A stretch of 63,579 nucleotides of DNA, filler included, from Octopus bimaculoides (taxonomy: Eukaryota): NCBI RefSeq assembly GCF_001194135.2. It is 7 parts of 6 records of this genome, joined end to end, with 100 filler letters (N's around TTAATTAATTAA, not from the genome) between each part and the next. Parts side by side here need not be neighbours in the genome. Positions count along the whole stretch, not along the records: positions 60,048 to 61,510 come from NC_068986.1; positions 61,611 to 63,579 come from NW_026396773.1; 5 more parts are not named here. One strand, written 5' to 3'. Positions 60,585-63,579 of the stretch are shown here, piece by piece. Below the pieces are notes generated by a model that made no database searches, was not told the DNA's origin, and saw only the letters and a program-made list of their open reading frames with translations. Made by a program: the position numbers and the translations under genes. The number at the start of each line of letters is the position of its first letter. Positions within the stretch are counted from its first letter, which is position 1.

Positions 60585-60850
60585 ATCTAATCCACTCAGC
60601 TAGCAAAAATGAGTAATATGGAGAAATCACGACATGCCTTGCAAGCATGTCTTGGATTGTGGCCCTCTTAAAAATACAACCAGAAGGAAACTTTTGAACC
60701 GACGGGCATTAGCCCTACACTGGTGATGAATATTACTAGTGCTTCGTTTGTTATTGTCGTGGTACACATAGATTGTTCTCCACATATACACACAAACCGC
60801 TGCAAAATTAATCACACACAGACAGTATGATAAACATTATATCGTAAATA

Positions 60851-60883
<33 letters not shown>

Positions 60884-61149
60884 ACATACACACACACTCA
60901 CACACACACACAACTAACTGAGAACTGGTACAGAAAAGAACTGAAATGTGCAGAAACACACACATTCATAAGTGCCATACATAGATTCAAATAAGTGTAC
61001 ATAGATGTGGAAGTTAACACAAATGTATACACATACTGAATTAAAACTACTTGTGTTAATGAGGAAGCTTTATCTGGTTTCTGTCTAATATACATAGCGA
61101 TTACGAGCAAGTTCTCTTCGCTTGCAGGATGGTGAGAAGAGATTTTCTC

Positions 61150-61375
61150 CTTCCAGCCTTCAAAGCCATTGAAGAAACTGTTGTCATCAACTGACCAAGA
61201 TTCCAAGCACTTCTAAAGCAAAATTAGACAACACAACGCTGCACTACAGATGACATTATTTGGAGCTACAAGAGATTTAACTGATCTAGGATTCATACAA
61301 ACTTTCAAAATCCAAGATCTGATATATCATCGGATTGGCTCTCTCCTACCTCTGTCAAACGAATCACCAAAATCA
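61150..61375 (+). pseudogene. Helitron Rep/helicase N-terminal fragment
   Basis: PLKKLLSSTDQDSKHF*SKIRQHNAALQMTLFGA...QTFKIQDLIYHRIGSLLP, matching IR.YN.AFQMTSFG and FKIQGQ+YH.IGSLLP. Confidence 0.85.
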
Positions 61376-61649
61376 GCCTTTCATTGTTTATAATCTGTAC
61401 CTGTTTTTTTTTTGTTACGAAATAAGCTACACAAAACGTGTTTTTTTTAAATAATTACGTATATTTACTTTATATACATACATGAGTTGAAAACTTTCTT
61501 TTAACATTTCNNNNNNNNNNNNNNNNNNNNNNNNNNNNNNNNNNNNNNNNNNNNTTAATTAATTAANNNNNNNNNNNNNNNNNNNNNNNNNNNNNNNNNN
61601 NNNNNNNNNNTTTTTATGTATGTATGTATGTATATGTGATTCCCAAACA

Positions 61650-62520
61650 AAGTGAGAAGCGACTAAGTGTAAGGGACTCTGAAGACAGAGATATTGAGAT
61701 GGAAGGAACGGATTTACTTTAGATTTGAAAGCGTTCAGCTCATAAGAAGAGGGAGAACAATGAGCTGGAAGAGTGTTCCAAAGTCTGGCAGTTCAAGGGA
61801 AAAAAGCTACAGTCATAGAAAGACCTGCTTAGTCGTGGAAATACAACAGCGTTTGGATGAAGGCAATGTGAGTTTTTGAGTCAGGTGAGATGGCTCAAAG
61901 TGATCTGGAACTAAGAGAGGAAGTTCATCAGAGCACTTCCTGTGTTGTTGTTGGCACTCCGTCGCTTACGACGTCGAGGGTTCCAGTTGATCCGATCAAC
62001 GGAACAGCCTGCTCGTGAAGTTAACGTGCAAGTGGCCGAGCACTCCACAGACACGTGTACCCTTAACGTAGTTCTCGGGGAGATATTCAGCGTGACACAG
62101 TGTGTGACAAGTCTGACCCTTTGAATTACAGGCACAACAGAAACAGGAAGTAAGAGTGAGAGACAGTTGTGGTGAAAGAGTACAGCAGGGTTCGCCACCA
62201 CCATCCCCTGCCGGAGCCTCGTGGAGCTTTAGGTGCTTTCGCTCAGTAAACACTCACAACGCCCGGTCTGGGAATCGAAACCGCGATCCTATGACCGTGA
62301 GTCCGCTGCCCTAACCACTGGGCCATTGCGCCTCCACTCCTGTGTGGTAATAGCAATAGAAAAGACTAAGGCAAACTGATGTCATGTCAATGTGATTAAA
62401 GGTTGCAGAGCAGAAGCAAGACAGGGACCAATCAAATAAAGGAGTTGCTTCTGAACCTGGTCGAGGAGACCTTAGTGACAAGATGGTGCATCTGCACAAA
62501 TATGACATAAGTATTTCCCT
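61650..62520 (-). mobile_element. CR1/L2-group LINE 3' end, split by a SINE
   Basis: LLDQVQKQLLYLIGPCLASALQPL before the SINE and SFFP*TARLWNTLPAHCSPSSYELNAFKSKVN after it. Confidence 0.7.
61945..62335 (-). mobile_element. Full-length tRNA-headed SINE (family A) with (AAC)n tail
   Basis: Head GGAGGCGCAATGGCCCAGTGGTTAGGG...GGTTTCGATTCCC; near-TSD cacttcctgtg (61934) / cactcctgtg (62335). Tail fragments also lie at 4312-4430 and 9290-9340. Confidence 0.9.
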
Positions 62521-63074
62521 ACAAGGATGAATTGTGGACCTGTCATCATCATCATCATCATCATCACCATCACCATCACCGTCTTCATAATTTAATGTCC
62601 GTTTTCCATGCTGGCATGGGTCGGACTGTTTGACTGGGGCTGGCAAGGCTGGAGAGCTGCACCAGGCTCCATTGTCCACCTTGGCATACTTTCTACAGCT
62701 GGATGCCTTTCCTAATGCCAACCACTTTGCAGAGTGTACCGGGTGCTTTTTATATGGTGCCACAATGTAAAGATACAAAATGGCCATCAATATGAGGTAG
62801 CCCATTGACCTATACAATGTCCCAACCCTACATGGGTGAGTATTCCATAGACATGTTTTCCTTTAACATAAAATCTTCCTGTTGGGTCAGCATCATATAT
62901 CATGTAACAAGGCCCTATTTTTTAGAATTACAAGTATAATATCCACTAGATGGGGCCACTATGCAGTTAACATCAACCAGTTTCACCGAGAGGGCATGAA
63001 CCAACTCCTGAGATTGTAGTAAAAGCAACTTGCTCAAGATGAGACAGAGTGGGATTTGAACCAGAGACCTCAAC

Positions 63075-63579
63075 ACTTTCGCATTTAAACCACCAGCCAT
63101 ATCCTCCTCAAATATTCTACCTGTTTTACATTCAAACTGGCCAGATCTGGCCTCTCACGCCTATCCAACAATGTCATTCTAAAAATAAACGATCACCTCA
63201 TTGAAATCTCAAAGCTATGGAGATAATCCAGGATTAATTCAAAACAATGTGAATAAATAAGGATTACATTTTACAAAGTAATCTGAATGCAAAGGGGATA
63301 GAAATAGATAAGACATGTGGTTTGACAGAGATTTGGCTGCTATTTCTAACAGGACTAACCACCATGCAGAGGTCTCCCTTGTTGCTTCGTAGATAGATAT
63401 ATAAACCTTTAGTACTGAATCCGACCATATCCAGCCCAAAAAATATTCTACCTGTTTTATGTTCAAACTGGCCACATCCAACCTCTCACACTTACCCTAC
63501 AATGTCATTCTAAGAATAAAACAATCACGTCATTGAAATCTCAAAGCTATGAAGATAATCCATGATTAATTCAAAACAA
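63075..63579 (+). mobile_element. Two diverged copies of a short interspersed MITE-like repeat
   Basis: aatattctacctgtttta...caatgtcattctaa...gattaattcaaaacaa near 63111-63247 and 63442-63579. Confidence 0.7.

Noticed and set aside
60627-60815. Phase 1-1 open segment as an upstream GPCR exon
   Set aside because: It needs a GC donor, shows no recognisable extracellular domain, and lies beyond a linker.

Overview
This is eukaryotic, repeat-saturated genomic DNA from a draft assembly with about 9 kb of N. The SINE families, the TA/CA/GATA/AAT microsatellite density and the transposon mix match what I recall of octopod cephalopod (Octopus-like) genomes; that assignment is inference, not a database result. 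The only host gene I can support is three minus-strand coding exons (58530-58640, 38774-38889, 34948-35157). They have canonical AG/GT sites and matching phases, and splice into a hormone-receptor (HRM) domain followed by the start of a GAIN domain, i.e. part of an adhesion GPCR. The rest is intronic or intergenic: tRNA-headed SINEs, decayed Tc1/mariner copies, RTE, R4/Dong and CR1/L2-type LINE ends, a Gypsy integrase tail with its LTR, Helitron pieces and many MITEs. Six 100-bp gaps carry an artificial 44N-TTAATTAATTAA-44N linker, so contiguity across them is not guaranteed. Best leads: (1) a repeat holding every hammerhead ribozyme core nucleotide and three pairable stems in a non-canonical strand order (20594-20653); (2) a TA-flanked inverted-repeat element carrying a TTAGGG array (48518-49068); (3) an RTE LINE tail with tandem C2H2 zinc fingers (30540-31180); (4) a SINE family with a built-in hypervariable microsatellite that seeds assembly gaps; (5) a 250-bp near-perfect fold-back. 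There are no prokaryotic features, no CRISPR array and no genuine rRNA or tRNA genes.
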